Source: the human T2T-CHM13v2.0 reference genome, Homo sapiens. Taken from it: a DNA stretch of 64,000 nt. Below, in pieces: positions 27,242 to 39,734 of the stretch. Below the pieces are notes generated by a model. That model saw only the letters and a list, made by a program, of their open reading frames with translations. It was not told where the DNA came from and did no database searches. The translations under genes and the position numbers were made by a program. How positions within the stretch are numbered: position 1 is the stretch's first letter; each line of letters opens with the position of its first letter. The DNA lies in NCBI RefSeq assembly GCF_009914755.1, contig NC_060934.1. The stretch is one strand, 5' to 3'.

Positions 27242-27268
27242 ACACACACACACACACACACACACACA
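27242..27268 (+). repeat. (AC)13 microsatellite
   Basis: Read directly; abuts the outer end of the right inverted arm. Confidence 0.97.
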
Positions 27269-27459
27269 GCTGCTTTAATCGCCAATGTGAGTATATTTTA
27301 ATTGAAATGTTGCTCTACTTATAATTTAACTAATATGGCTCATCTTACATAATATAATCACTGTCTTTATGTAATAATTGGAGTTACTTATGTACTATTT
27401 TCCTGACCCCATTCATTCATACATCTGCCATGCTTCATATGCAAATGTCTGTCACAGAG

Positions 27460-28360
27460 CAGCCATTCGGTGAGTTCTTATTACATGAATGATCAAACTG
27501 AACTATGCGACAAATATTATTTCTGGTGTGAGAAACACAAAATGAGTAAGGCACAGGTCCTCCTCCAAAGAGTTCAGATTCTAGTGGATAAGATAGAAAG
27601 TAAACAAGTATTTAAGTGACATAAGATATGCTATAATAAGAGATACATGAAAATATTCTTAGCATTTATTGAGCCTTTACTGTATACCAGGGAGGTTACT
27701 ATATGGTTCACAGATAGTTATTTTATTAAGACAACTAAATGGCATGTGTGTATTTTTATTACCATCATTATCATTTCCATTTTATAGATGAGGAAACAGT
27801 CTTTGAGAGGTTAACTGATATAGAAAGTGGTGATTTGAATAGGAAGATTCAAAAGAATAGTATGAAGGCGGTGTTTGCACCAGAGAAAGTTCTTGATTGT
27901 AAGAAACAGAAGTTTGCCTGAGCGAGGGGAATGTCTAAACTCAAACCCTGAGCATCTCATCTGGAGGGCACACTCTTAGCCACTACTTCATGCCATACTT
28001 AAACAAGGAGGAGTTTGCTATGGTTTTCACAGAAGAAAGAGTGCTGCTCTGGTATCTTGCAGGCTGTGTAGGTGATTTTTTTTTCAGGCAGATACTGGAT
28101 ATTCCAGACAGAGGGTGTCACACACAGCAAAGCTGGGGTCATGAGAGAACATAGTTGAATAAGCAACTGCCAGTAGTTCAGCCGTGAGTTGGGCATTGGA
28201 TCCCTATGGGGTCTGTGATAGTAGATGAGGCTGGGAAAAGAAACCAAGAGGCAGGCAGCTGATGCCGACTGTGGTAAACAATCTCACGGGGCTCTCAGGG
28301 CTGTGGATATTATTCTCAGGAAGGTGAAGAGCCACGGAAGGAGGGGAGATGAGCAGATTT
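27460..28360. mobile_element. L2 and MIR relics
   Basis: 'tcctcctccaaagagttcagattctagtgg' (L2), 'ccattttatagatgaggaaacag' (MIR) and 'ggatattattctcaggaaggtgaagagccacggaagg' (L2). Confidence 0.6.
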
Positions 28361-28825
28361 GTGGCAATTGCCCTCAATCTCTTACCGCCTAATTCTCCTT
28401 ACAGCTGGTAACTAGCAACTTCTAGTCAGGGCCACAGTCACTTGTGGTTCTTTCCAATTCATTCTTAGTCTCCTCTCTCCACAGAGCTCAGGCATAGGTT
28501 GTCCAGGGCTGGGCCTGGGTCAGCTCCAAGTCTTAGGTCACACACTTTACTCAGATTGCCCCCACCTCTAACCACGGAGGCACTTTTAGAACATTCCAGA
28601 GAACTTGCCTCTCTCCTTCTTTACAAAAATTGCTCCTGCTGTTCCAGGCCTCCTCAGATGCCCAGTGGGTCCACCAGAGGCTCTGGCGGGGACCTCTGCT
28701 CCATCCGACTTCAGATGTTACCTTGCTTCACATTAAACCAGCAATCACTGGCAATTAAATGTATTATTTAATAAGGACAAAATTAACCCAAACCCCTCTC
28801 TTTTATATCCTTCAAATGCTATTTT

Positions 28826-29657
28826 TTAAATTTTATTTTGGTAGTTTTGGGGGTACAGGTGGTTTTTGGTTCCATGGATAAGTTTGTTAGTGGTGATTTC
28901 TGAGATTTTGGTGCACCTGTCACTCAAGCAGTGAACACTGTACCCAGTGTGTAGTCTTTCATCCCTCACCCCCCTCACACCCTTCCCCTTGAGTCCCCAA
29001 AGTTCATTATATCATTCTTATGCCTTCGCATTCTCATTGTTTAGCTCCGAAGTTATAAGTGAGAGCATATGCTACTTGATTTTCCATTCCTGAGTTACTT
29101 CACTTGGAATAATGGTGTCCAACTACATCCAGATTGCTGCAAATGCCATTATTTTGTTCTTATTTATGGCTGATTAGTATTCCATGGTGTATATATTCCA
29201 CATTTTCTTAATCCATTCACTAGGTGATGGGCACTTCTGGTGGTTCCACATCTCTACAATTGTGAATTGTGCTGCTATAAACATGTGCATGCAAGTGTTT
29301 TTTTGTTTTTTGTTTTTTGTTTTTTCATTTTGGGTAGATACCTAGTAGTAGGATTGCTGGATTGATTGGTAGATCTATCTTTAGTTCTTTAGGGAACCTA
29401 CACACCGTTTTCCATAGTAGTTGTACTAGTTTACATTCCCACTAGCAGCATAAAAGTGTCCCCTTTATACGACATCCACGCCAACATCTATTATTTTTTG
29501 ATTTTTTAATTATAGCTTAGCCATTCTTGCAGGAGTAAGGTGGTATCTCATTGTGGTTTTAATTTGCATTTCACTGATAATTAGTGATGTTGAGCTTTTT
29601 TTTATGTTTTTTGGCCATTTGTCTACCTTCTTTTGAGAATTGTCTGTTCACGTCCTT
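28826..29657 (-). mobile_element. L1PB-like 3' fragment
   Basis: 'ttttgggggtacaggtggtttttggttccatggataagtttgttagtggtgatttctgagattttggtgcacc'. TSD-like 'tccttcaaat..tattt' at 28808 and 29653. Confidence 0.9.
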
Positions 29658-30133
29658 CAAATAGTATTTCTTTAACTCTGAATATCATCAACTGTTTCAC
29701 ATTTGATGAAAATGCACCTTACTTTCTTGCATTTCTATCTATTGTATGCAGCCAAGTTGAATTTCTCAAATGAGAAAATCTGACTGGTTGCCAGGGCACC
29801 AGTGGAAGAAAGTCTTTTGCAAAAAGGGGTGGGTTTCACAACTGCTTTTCTCACAAATACTGCGCTATCACAGGATAACTCTGATGATTTAATGTGTCAC
29901 TTTGAATCACAGAATGTTTCTATAATTCTACTACTGTAGTAATTTGCAGTAGTCAAACAGGAAAATTGTGTTCATTCAGACTCAGTGGGTTTCATATTCC
30001 TATTGTTTCCAAAGTATTTTAATTTTTAAATAATTTGGAGTTTAACTGATTTGAAGTTCATATTTACTAAATAAACCCTCTCTTCCAAAGTCTTACGAAC
30101 TGGGTAGCAACATCCAAAATATTTCAGAGACCT

Positions 30134-30448
<315 letters not shown>

Positions 30449-30662
30449 GAGGGCTTTTTATTTTATTCAAAGACAAGATTTTTCAGGTTAAGCCAAGTGG
30501 TCTTGATATACTCATCTTTTTTTAAAAAAACCCACAGACTGATCACAAATGTTCTTATTCATTCATTATAACAAAATTCACTAAGAACTTCCACTTGGCC
30601 ATTTTTAGTAGTATAACTGGAATTACTCTATTTGTGTAAAAATAATAAAACTATATTTGGAA

Positions 30663-31586
30663 CTATATTCTAATATACTTTTCAATTACCTCCCCAATTA
30701 GTCTGAATTCTCCAGATTAGATTCTAGAGAATTTTGCTTACTACGAAGAGATCCAAGCAATGGATTATTATTGCTAATTACTTCTCAACAAGATCCAGTG
30801 ACCAGCAAATAACTCAAGGTGTATTTTCATGTCCTGTTGCAGTGCCCACACTGTGCATGCACAAATTGTCTGCCTTCTCATATACAACTTTCTCAGGGTG
30901 CTCTTTTCTTCTTCTCTCTCACATGCAGAAAGGGAAAAGAAGAGAGCAAAACTGTAGCCATTGAGGCAAAGATTTGGAGGAAGAAGAGCAGAAAAGATGA
31001 ATACAAATGTTTGGAACAGGGATAGAATTGGGCCAATCTAGTGGGAAGGAAGGGCTGTAAGCTGTGGAACCAGGAGTGACCAGAAGCCTTGTTTGGTGTC
31101 CTGGAGGACCAAAGTGGGAAGGTTCGACAACAGGACTCAAGGAAAAGAGATGGATGGTGGGAGCAGCTTAGAACTTTCTGTCCCAAAGAGTAAACTTATT
31201 CACATAGAATTGTGAACTATTACACGCACAGAAAAAGAGTAGCCATGGAGAGAATGGGCTACGGAGTTAGACTGACTGGGATTTGGGATCAGGCTTCTGC
31301 CACTTACAGCGTGATTTTGGACAATGTAACTAACCTTTAAAAGTGTTGGCTTATTCATTTGCAGGATTGGGCTAACAATGCCTAGCTGGCAGGACTGTCC
31401 TGAGGATAACATGAGATAATGTATGGGGAACAATGCTTGGCACTCAATGTAAGCTAGTTATTGTCTATATTATTTTATATACATTTTTCAATTACCTCCC
31501 CTAATTAGTTCAAATTCACCAGATTTGACCCTAGAGGACTTCACTACAGGGACAGTCAGGCAATTGATTACTATTACCATTATTCT
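30663..31586 (+). repeat. Dispersed direct repeat, ~120 bp x2 (30663-30785 and 31465-31586)
   Basis: 'ttttcaattacctcccc-aattagtctgaattctccagattagattctagag' vs 'ttttcaattacctcccctaattagttcaaattcaccagatttgaccctagag'. Confidence 0.9.
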
Positions 31587-31900
31587 AATAATAATTTGAA
31601 GCAATCAAACAGCTATGTTTATGTCATTGGGCAAAATAATCACTCCTTCACCTGGTCACTGGTTTATGTAAGTGGAAGGATCCCAGACTTTGAAGTCACA
31701 CTGACCTGGGTTCAAATCCTGAGTCTGCTACTCACCAGGAAAATAATTTTAAATCTGGAAACTCACTTTCCTTTATAGTAATGTGTGAGATCACTTCTAC
31801 CTTTCCAGAGAATTGTTATTACTAAAAGTGATAACAATGGATTTAGTGTGGTGCCTTGTTAGAGTGCCAGGTAGTTGGCACATTGTAGTGATATTCAATT
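31240..31900 (+). mobile_element. Two MIRs (~31240-31462 and ~31670-31900)
   Basis: 'ggagttagactgactgggatttgggatcaggcttctgccacttacagcgtgattttggac' and 'gacctgggttcaaatcctgagtctgctactcacc'. Confidence 0.75.
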
Positions 31901-34330
31901 TTCAGTATTTCACAGTTTTGTTGTCATTCAGTGGCCAGTGGAACTTAGTGTGGTGAATGGAGAAAATGTTGTTCTAAGTATTAGACAAAACAAGAACTCA
32001 GAGTAGGTAAGAATGTGTGCAAAGTTTTATGACGAAGTGGTCACAGAATCAACACTAGAACCTCGAATATAGATTAGCAGAGCTGGGACCCTATCCTCTA
32101 CTCATCAAGAACTTATAGCTTCATGTTGTTGGTAAAGAAACAGCCCAGAAATCAAATGGTTTCGCCAGGAACCTAGACTTCACCTGACATCAAGGCTACT
32201 CATCTCTCCTGTGTTATACGGTTTCAGTGGACCACTTTGATGCCCAAAAGAGCTTGAAAATAAAACTTTAAGTATGACAATATTCATAACTATTGAACTC
32301 AGCACAAGAAATAATTTAAATTGTATGGTCATAGCCAATATTTTAAAAGTATAATAGCATGAGTATTTCAGGGTGAAAACTCAACAAAATGTTTGTGATA
32401 TGTGTTAATTGAGGCATAGTTCACATTTTAATAGCCTGGCTACTAAATGATGGTCAAAACTCAATAATGTGTTTCTGACATAAGTGTGTTCAATTACCTT
32501 TTTCCATACTTTTATCCATCATTTTCCTTCTCCTTAAAATATGTTTCTCAGGATCCTAAGAGGAGTTTACAGAAACAAATTTCTATTGGGAAAAATACTG
32601 TTTTAACCAGTTGCCTTATTCTGTGAGCCCCCAGTTTTCTGGCATCAAGTAAATCACTATAGTTTCCCACAGCATAGAAATCTACCAAGTGCAGGGGGAG
32701 GTTGCAATGTCAAGTTCATTCTTCTGGGTCTCCTCAACAATCCCAAAACCCTCCTCCACAGAAGAGGTGCCTCTCAGCATCATCCATAATTTTGAAATCT
32801 TTAGGCTTCAAAATTCCATTTAGACAGAAACCTTTATGTTGGGCAATTCATGTTCACCAATGTTCCAGGCTCTCCTACCTGTCCTTACTCCCATGAGCAT
32901 GACCATGACCATGTCTTGTTTGGCATGGCTGAGGGAACCAGGCATCTCTGTGTAGCAGGCTCTTGGAGCGGCATAGCCACTGCAGCTGCACATCATCCTT
33001 AATAAAGGGATTAGAGATGCGAGTCTGCAATGGTTCAGCTTTTCATTCAGCCTCTCTGATTCTCAATTGGCCTCTCTTCATTTCCTTCCGCCCCCAACTA
33101 CCTAAGCCAACTCTTATTTTCATGGTTGACTTAGTCGAATGTGTTTACTTTCCTTTATAGCGTCCAACTAATGTTTTGGGGAAAATACTGGAAAACTGAA
33201 GTTAACTTGAACTCTAACTTTGGATAACTATAAAGCCCTGTGTGTAATTACAAAGCATCCTGAGCCAGGCTGTATATCATAGAGGTATTTTATTCTTCAG
33301 TTTTTTCTGCTTTTTTTTTTTTTTCTATCCACTTGAGTTTTAATTACTCAGCAGTTCTGCAGTGGGAACAATTCCATTATGACTTGTATTTTACAGACGG
33401 AGATCCTGGGGTCCTAAATTTGTGGCCGATTGCACTGTGTCCTGGAGACGGAGTGGAACCACAGCCCAGAGCCCCTGGGAATCATCCCTGAAAGACTGCA
33501 TTACTTCTCCATGGAGTCTTCCTCCTCCTGCTTATTTTCTTTTTGGGTAAGGTCTATCTTTTTATTAAATCATAAAATGAGCATCCATCATCTTGACAGT
33601 GAGTGAATTATGAGCTGTAGGCCTATCTATAAAACTTGGCTTCTGTTCATTCCCTCTCTGAGCTCAGTGGAACAAAATGTCCAAATTGAACCCTGCAATC
33701 TTCCCACAGGTATTTGTTCTGATATGTAGCTGCTTTATTTTTCAGTCATTCTTCCTTTGGTGTTGCGGACAGGGTTAGCACATATGTGTTATTTTTCAGA
33801 CCATGTATTAGATCCATTTATATGCCTGTCTTTGTGTTCAGACTCTGGCTCAAAGCCATGATAATGACTAAAGAATACGAAAATGCTCAGAGAACATGAA
33901 CTTTTTGGCAAAGGATAGAGGGAACGGTGTAGATACCTGATGACTGCCTGTGTCTATGGAGGGAATAGAATGAATCAGAAATAAGAGTTGTTTTTGGGTC
34001 AGTCCAACTATATGATCTTGATCAAAGTCAGGATCCCATAAAAGAGCAAAATTAATTTTCCAGTTTCATTGAGATCCCTTTGCTTTCCCCAAATCAGCCT
34101 ACATGAGTGGCCTTGAGTGTCTGGAATGGTGAGATGACCAATTAATCCCCAACTTTAGCATATTCATTCAGCCTAAATTCTGTTCATAAATCCACCAGTT
34201 CAATATTTTATGCTAATAAAAACTATTAACGTTTTTCATTTTCTCCCTTTACAAAGTTTTCATACAGCCCTCAACATTCTGCCTGCAAGATGTAAAATTT
34301 TGGTATTTAATCCATAGGAAGGTAGGAAAT

Positions 34331-34375
<45 letters not shown>
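34331..34375 (+). repeat. (TAGA)11 tetranucleotide STR
   Basis: Read directly from sequence. Confidence 0.98.
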
Positions 34376-35493
34376 TATTTATCTTGTCTCAATACCGTCT
34401 TCATTCAACTTGGTGTTTGGTTTAGTGAGCTGTATAAATCAGCACTCAGCCACATCACAGAGGGATAGAAGGGCCTTCGACATCATGGTCAGAGAATCAT
34501 TGTCAGGAAGCATTAAACTTAGCTTCCTCAATGTCAGAATGTTTGCACCAGCTCTGACACAGGAAGTTCGCTTAATGATGGCAAAAGTTCCCTGAGTGAC
34601 GGTAGAAAGTTTGCAAAATAGCTTCTGAATTCAAGCAACCAAAGAGGCTGTATCCCCTCCTTCTGTAAAGTGATATTGTTGGTAGAAAACCACCAGATGA
34701 AGGAGGGCATGCGGGTGCTGGATTTTGTGCAGCTAGAAAGCTGGTAGGTAGGTCCTGTTTAGTCTGTGCCAGAAGCCAAGCAAGCTTCAGAAAGGGAGTT
34801 CAGGAGTCCTCTCAGCTCCCGGTGATTTACCCTGACTTCCCTTTGTAAGCATATGGATTCTATTTTCTGCTGTCTCTATAAATACTGTTGTGACTGTCTC
34901 TGCCAAACCAGCTACCTTTCTCACCCCAGGGAGAAGCCAGGGATCAGACATTCCTACGCTACCGCCCCATTAGATGCTGCCGTAACACGAGGGAGCAGAC
35001 CTGGCAGTCAATATGATGTGTGTATTTGAATCTTTAAAGAGCTAGGCTAAACTTAGAGTCAGCAGACTACCATAAATAACCTGTGTTCCTCTCTCTTTGT
35101 GTGGTTTGCCCTGGAATGCCTTGCGCTTTAGCGTTGTACAAGCAGCAAGAGATCAAAGAGTCAACCTTTTATGGATGCATAGTTCATTACAAAGTCATCC
35201 GTGGGAGGAGACCCTGGCAAAAGCACTAATCATTCTCTCTTGTGACTGTTTTGTTGCCTGAATTGGGATTGGAGGGCACTAAAAGAACTTGCAACCACTT
35301 TAAATAATTTTAAAGAATAAAATAAAGCTGGAAATTCACTTTTAAAGGAGGGTTAAAACTTAACTGGCATCTTTTTTGGGTATAGAATGTGGTAGGAGGA
35401 AAGAGGAAGTAAAGGAATTGGCCCATTATCACATGGAATGTGGTTGGAGAAGAATAATAGAAGGCAGAACAGAATCCTGTGTAATTTACTTAC

Positions 35494-35610
35494 CCTTGGG
35501 TAAGCGTTAGAGAGAGCCTTTGATAAGCAGAGCAGAACATCGACAGGGATTTTTTTTTTTAAAGCCCAAACTAGATAATGTATTTGAAAAACAGGCTTTG
35601 AACTAGTTTG
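35494..35610 (-). ncRNA. Candidate 117-nt minus-strand exon
   Basis: Acceptor 'tttattctttatattctAG|caaac' and donor 'agg|GTAAGT'. Confidence 0.3.
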
Positions 35611-35699
35611 CTAGAATATAAAGAATAAATGTGTTTCAAATTATAGCACTAATGATGTTGCAAACCCAGGATTATGGATAATCACAATGCTACAAAACA

Positions 35700-35905
35700 A
35701 TAGCTACTATTTATTTGATGTCTGCTGCATGTCACATGCTGTGCAGTGTATGTGATATCTTTTCATCTCACAACCATGCATGGGGTTGACCTGTTGGTTA
35801 TCCCCACTTACACACAGGGAAATAGGACCCTGCAAAGTTGAAATGCTTAGCTCAAGGTCACACAGTCACTAAGTGGTAAGCCCAGGATTTGAACCGAGCT
35901 CTGGA
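35700..35905 (-). mobile_element. MIR
   Basis: 'cttagctcaaggtcacacagtcactaagtggtaagcccaggatttgaaccgag'. Confidence 0.8.
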
Positions 35906-37371
35906 AGGAAGTGGAAATGACTACCTCTTAGCCTGTAGTTAATATTTCTGGCTCTTGACACTTGTTCTAGTCTCTGCTGCAGGAGTTGTTGGAACTCTTT
36001 TGCTTTCTGAGCTTGGGAGATTCGCTCTCAAAGACTTACTCTGTGATTAAGACTTACTCTGTCTGAGCTGAATGTGTGTATCTGTATGGGGGCTCTGTCC
36101 TTGTGGTTGTCCATAGGCAGTCAGAATTAATTACTCATAAAACATTGCATAGATAAGACTTTTGATCTGGCATTTTGGAAGTTAGGGGTTGGATATCTTA
36201 TAAAAGAATGTCTGTTGCATACTTGATCAATTACAGTGATAGCTAAAGAAACATTTTCTCAAATGTATTATTTTAACAGGAATCATGTTCTAGCTTCCCA
36301 TCCTTTAGCTTACTTTAAGTTTCAGAAAACCTGGACTGTATGAACGCTTTTTAAAAAAAATGACAGGGTAAAATGCAAAAAAAAAAAGTCAATGATTACA
36401 GTCAATAAAGTCTCAATGGCTCTGTATCCCTGAGATCTTTTGTTCTTGTCACAGATAAAAACTGCATCACAGAAATGCCACAAGATCAAATGATTAAGAT
36501 GATTGGAAAACTACAATGCTCTATAAATATTACTTTCTTTCTGTTCTTCTCAGTGATACTACCTTTGTTCAACCCATCTCTTCCTGCTGTTTGAAAATAA
36601 AAAGTTTTTTGAAAGTCAGAAATAAAAGCAAATAACTGATCGATCCTTTTTTTTTTTTACCAATTTCATAGCAATTGAAAACATCATCCAAAATACTGTA
36701 GATCTTCCCCCCCTTCAAGTTTTCTTGAAAGATTTCACACGTGCAGTGTAAGAAATTGTGAGTCAGCCTTCTCCAATCCTGACTTTAAGAGTTGCAAAAA
36801 TCATCTGCCAGGGATCACATATGTTCTCGGTTCCATGAGAGGAAGAAAACACATTTGCTGGAAAAAAAAAAAAAAGGGAACTTTAAAACCAGTGGAGTTA
36901 GAATAAATACACTTGCATTCTGCTAACTTCTTTTCCTTTCCAGGGCCTGAAGGCTTTTCTGGCCCTGGACAGGAAGCAAGGCATCTGTCACCCCAAATAC
37001 TGCCTCTCCGGGATGGGGGTTCCAGCTGGTCATGGAAGGGAAGCAAAGGAAGTGCAGAATGACCAAAAGATGGGATTAGGATGCAGAAATAATAAATCTA
37101 CAGCAACTACTTTTTGAAGCCAAGACATCCAACAGCTATAAGTCCAATCTCTCCTTAAGACCTCACAACACTCCAATATGATTGGTAATAAACTTCAGTC
37201 TGCAGTTGAGACATGACTTTTAGCAGACTAAGGCACTTGGCTAAGGTCACATAGCTAGTGAGCCAGGTAGGGAAGAATACCAGAGCCTGTGAGTGTAGTA
37301 TTTCATGAGTAGCATTACCTATGGAACCTCCAGAACATTGGATAGGTATTTCCATCTAAGAAATTGTCTTC

Positions 37372-37670
37372 AGCCTGGTGCAGTGGCTCACACCTATAGT
37401 CCCAACATTTTGGGAGGCTGAGGCAGGAGGATCTCTTGAGGCCAGGAGTTTGAGACTTGCCTGGACAACATAGCGAGACCCCATCTTTACAAAAAAATTT
37501 AATAATTTACCAGACGTTGTGATGCCTACCTGTAGTCCCAGCTACTCAGGAGGCTGAGGTGGGAGGATCACTTGGGCCTAGGAGTTTGAGGTTGCAGTGA
37601 GCTGTGATCATGCCACTGCATTCCAGCCTGGGTGACAGAGTGAGATCTTGTCTTAAAATTAAATAAATAA
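37372..37670 (+). mobile_element. AluJ
   Basis: Full dimer with TSD 'aaattgtctt'. Confidence 0.95.
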
Positions 37671-39096
37671 AATTGTCTTTTTAAAAAAAAGCAGAGAAAG
37701 AGTCTCCTAACATCCTAAAGCAACAGCTTACTGGCAAGTACTAGTGCCTCCATGTTAACATTGCAGAAACCAGATTCAAACAAGTTGTGAGTTTCTCTTG
37801 AAGCAAAAGAAATCAATTACAGGGAAAATGGAACTCTCAACTTAACACTCAACTTAAGAAATTTAAAAGTCATTTCATGATGCTTTGCCCTTCTTCACCT
37901 CTCACTGAAACAGTTCTGTTCTTCAGTAATTGGTGTTGGGTTGTTCCCGTGGGTTGACAGTCAGCATGTTTTTATTTATTAAATGGTGTAAGTAAAAATT
38001 GATGTGGTGGAACAATCATGGCAGTCTCTGCCACAGAACAAAGGCTTTTTCCAAACCAGCATTTCCCCCATAACATCTGTGAAGATGTTTCATGTGGATT
38101 TTCCTTCCCCAATATCCAATGGCATTATTTCATGTTCAGATGGAAATGACAGTGACATTTCATTTGACCAAGGAAAAATAAAAGGAAAGAAAGAAACATT
38201 TCTACATTTAACAGAACCCAAAGGCAATTTGAAAAACACTTTGGAAGCTTATTTCCATTTTACGATCTAAAGCAGACCTAAGGTGTATCTGTAGACAGGT
38301 GGTGCTGGTTGCAGTTCTGCTGTGAGCCTTTATGAAAAGGATTATGTTGACTTTCTGAGAATATTTCAGGACTCAGCATCTCAAAGGACTCCAAAATGGT
38401 GGTTTTAAACTCCCATTGAAATGGGTCACAATATAAATCCTAAAGAGAAAACCAAGCCAGGTAAACCTAGGGTCTTGGCTCCACATCAAACCTCACAATT
38501 TGAAGCCCAGGTTATTCTTACAACTCTCTTAAGACCTCTAAGCCCATCCTCACTAGCCACAGCCTGGGGCTTCCTTGATCCTGCTAAAACTGAGCCAAGA
38601 AGCAAAAGCTCAGTGAGTGTCATTTTGCATAGAACTACTAAGCAGGATAAAGAGAAGCAGTAGGAAAGGAATTCCCCAGTCACAGAAAACTAGGGTGTCT
38701 GATTATAAGATAGTAGTCTCTTCCTTCAAGGCTGGTGGGTAAAATTCTCCCTTGTGCCTTTGAATGAGGGATTTCCCCTAAACACAATACTGAAGTTTGT
38801 ATTTAGTTGCTGGAACCCTGGAGACTGGGGACTTTTTTAAAAGGCAGAACTTTCAGAGGAAGCTGGAATATAATGCCTATTATAGTGAACTGTAACTTAG
38901 AAGTACCCTGTAGAGACAAGAGAAGTCAAGGTTGTTTCTTAACACAGCTTTAACAAAAAATGTAAACTTTGGTTGGATTAAGCTATTACTGATCTCATGC
39001 TTCTGTTGGTAGAAAATACACCTTTTTATAAACAGAACTATTTTGGGGAGGATGATAAATCACATCCTAACGCATAACATTTTTATGATTTAAAGA

Positions 39097-39734
39097 CAGT
39101 TGGTCCTCATTACATGTGGATTCTGTATCTGCAAATTCTAATACTCGCTAAAATGTATTTATAATCTTCAAATCAGTACTCATGGTACTTTTGCAGATAA
39201 GCACAGAGTGACAATAAATTTGAGTCACTCAAAGTACATTGTAAACAAGTGTCCCTTTCACGATCTATTTGGTGCCATATTTTTTTGCATTTTTATGCCT
39301 TTTGCATGTTCAGTGGTGATTTCACTGTTTAAAAATGGCGCCCCTAAGCAATGTACTGAAGTACCGTCCAGTGTATCTAAGCACAAGAAGGCCAAGATGT
39401 GCCTTACAGAGAAAAAATACACTTGTTAGACAAGCTTCGTTTGGGCATGAGTTATAGTGTTTTTGGCCATGATTCAATGTTAATAAATCAAAATATATAT
39501 ATTGAATATTTATGTTATTTCAATATACATCTATATATTAATTATATATTAAATAAGGTGTCTTTAAGCAGAAACACACATAAAAAAGGTTATGCATTAA
39601 TCAGTGGACAAAAGCCAAAGGCTTATAGGAACCAAGCCCCGTATTTCCTCTAGGAGCAATGATTCAGTATTTGCTAATTCAACATCCATGTCTGTGTTAT
39701 AGATCATAATTAGTGTGAATAACAGAATCAACTG
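39097..39734 (+). mobile_element. MER6A (TcMar-Tigger)
   Basis: Ends 'cagttggtcctcatta' and 'aataacagaatcaactg'; internal 'gtatttcctctaggagcaatgattcagtatttgctaattc'. Confidence 0.8.

Noticed and set aside
36031-36062. 14-bp repeat 'aagacttactctgt' x2
   Set aside because: Ordinary micro-duplication; similar ones occur at about 37835, 47853 and 54468.
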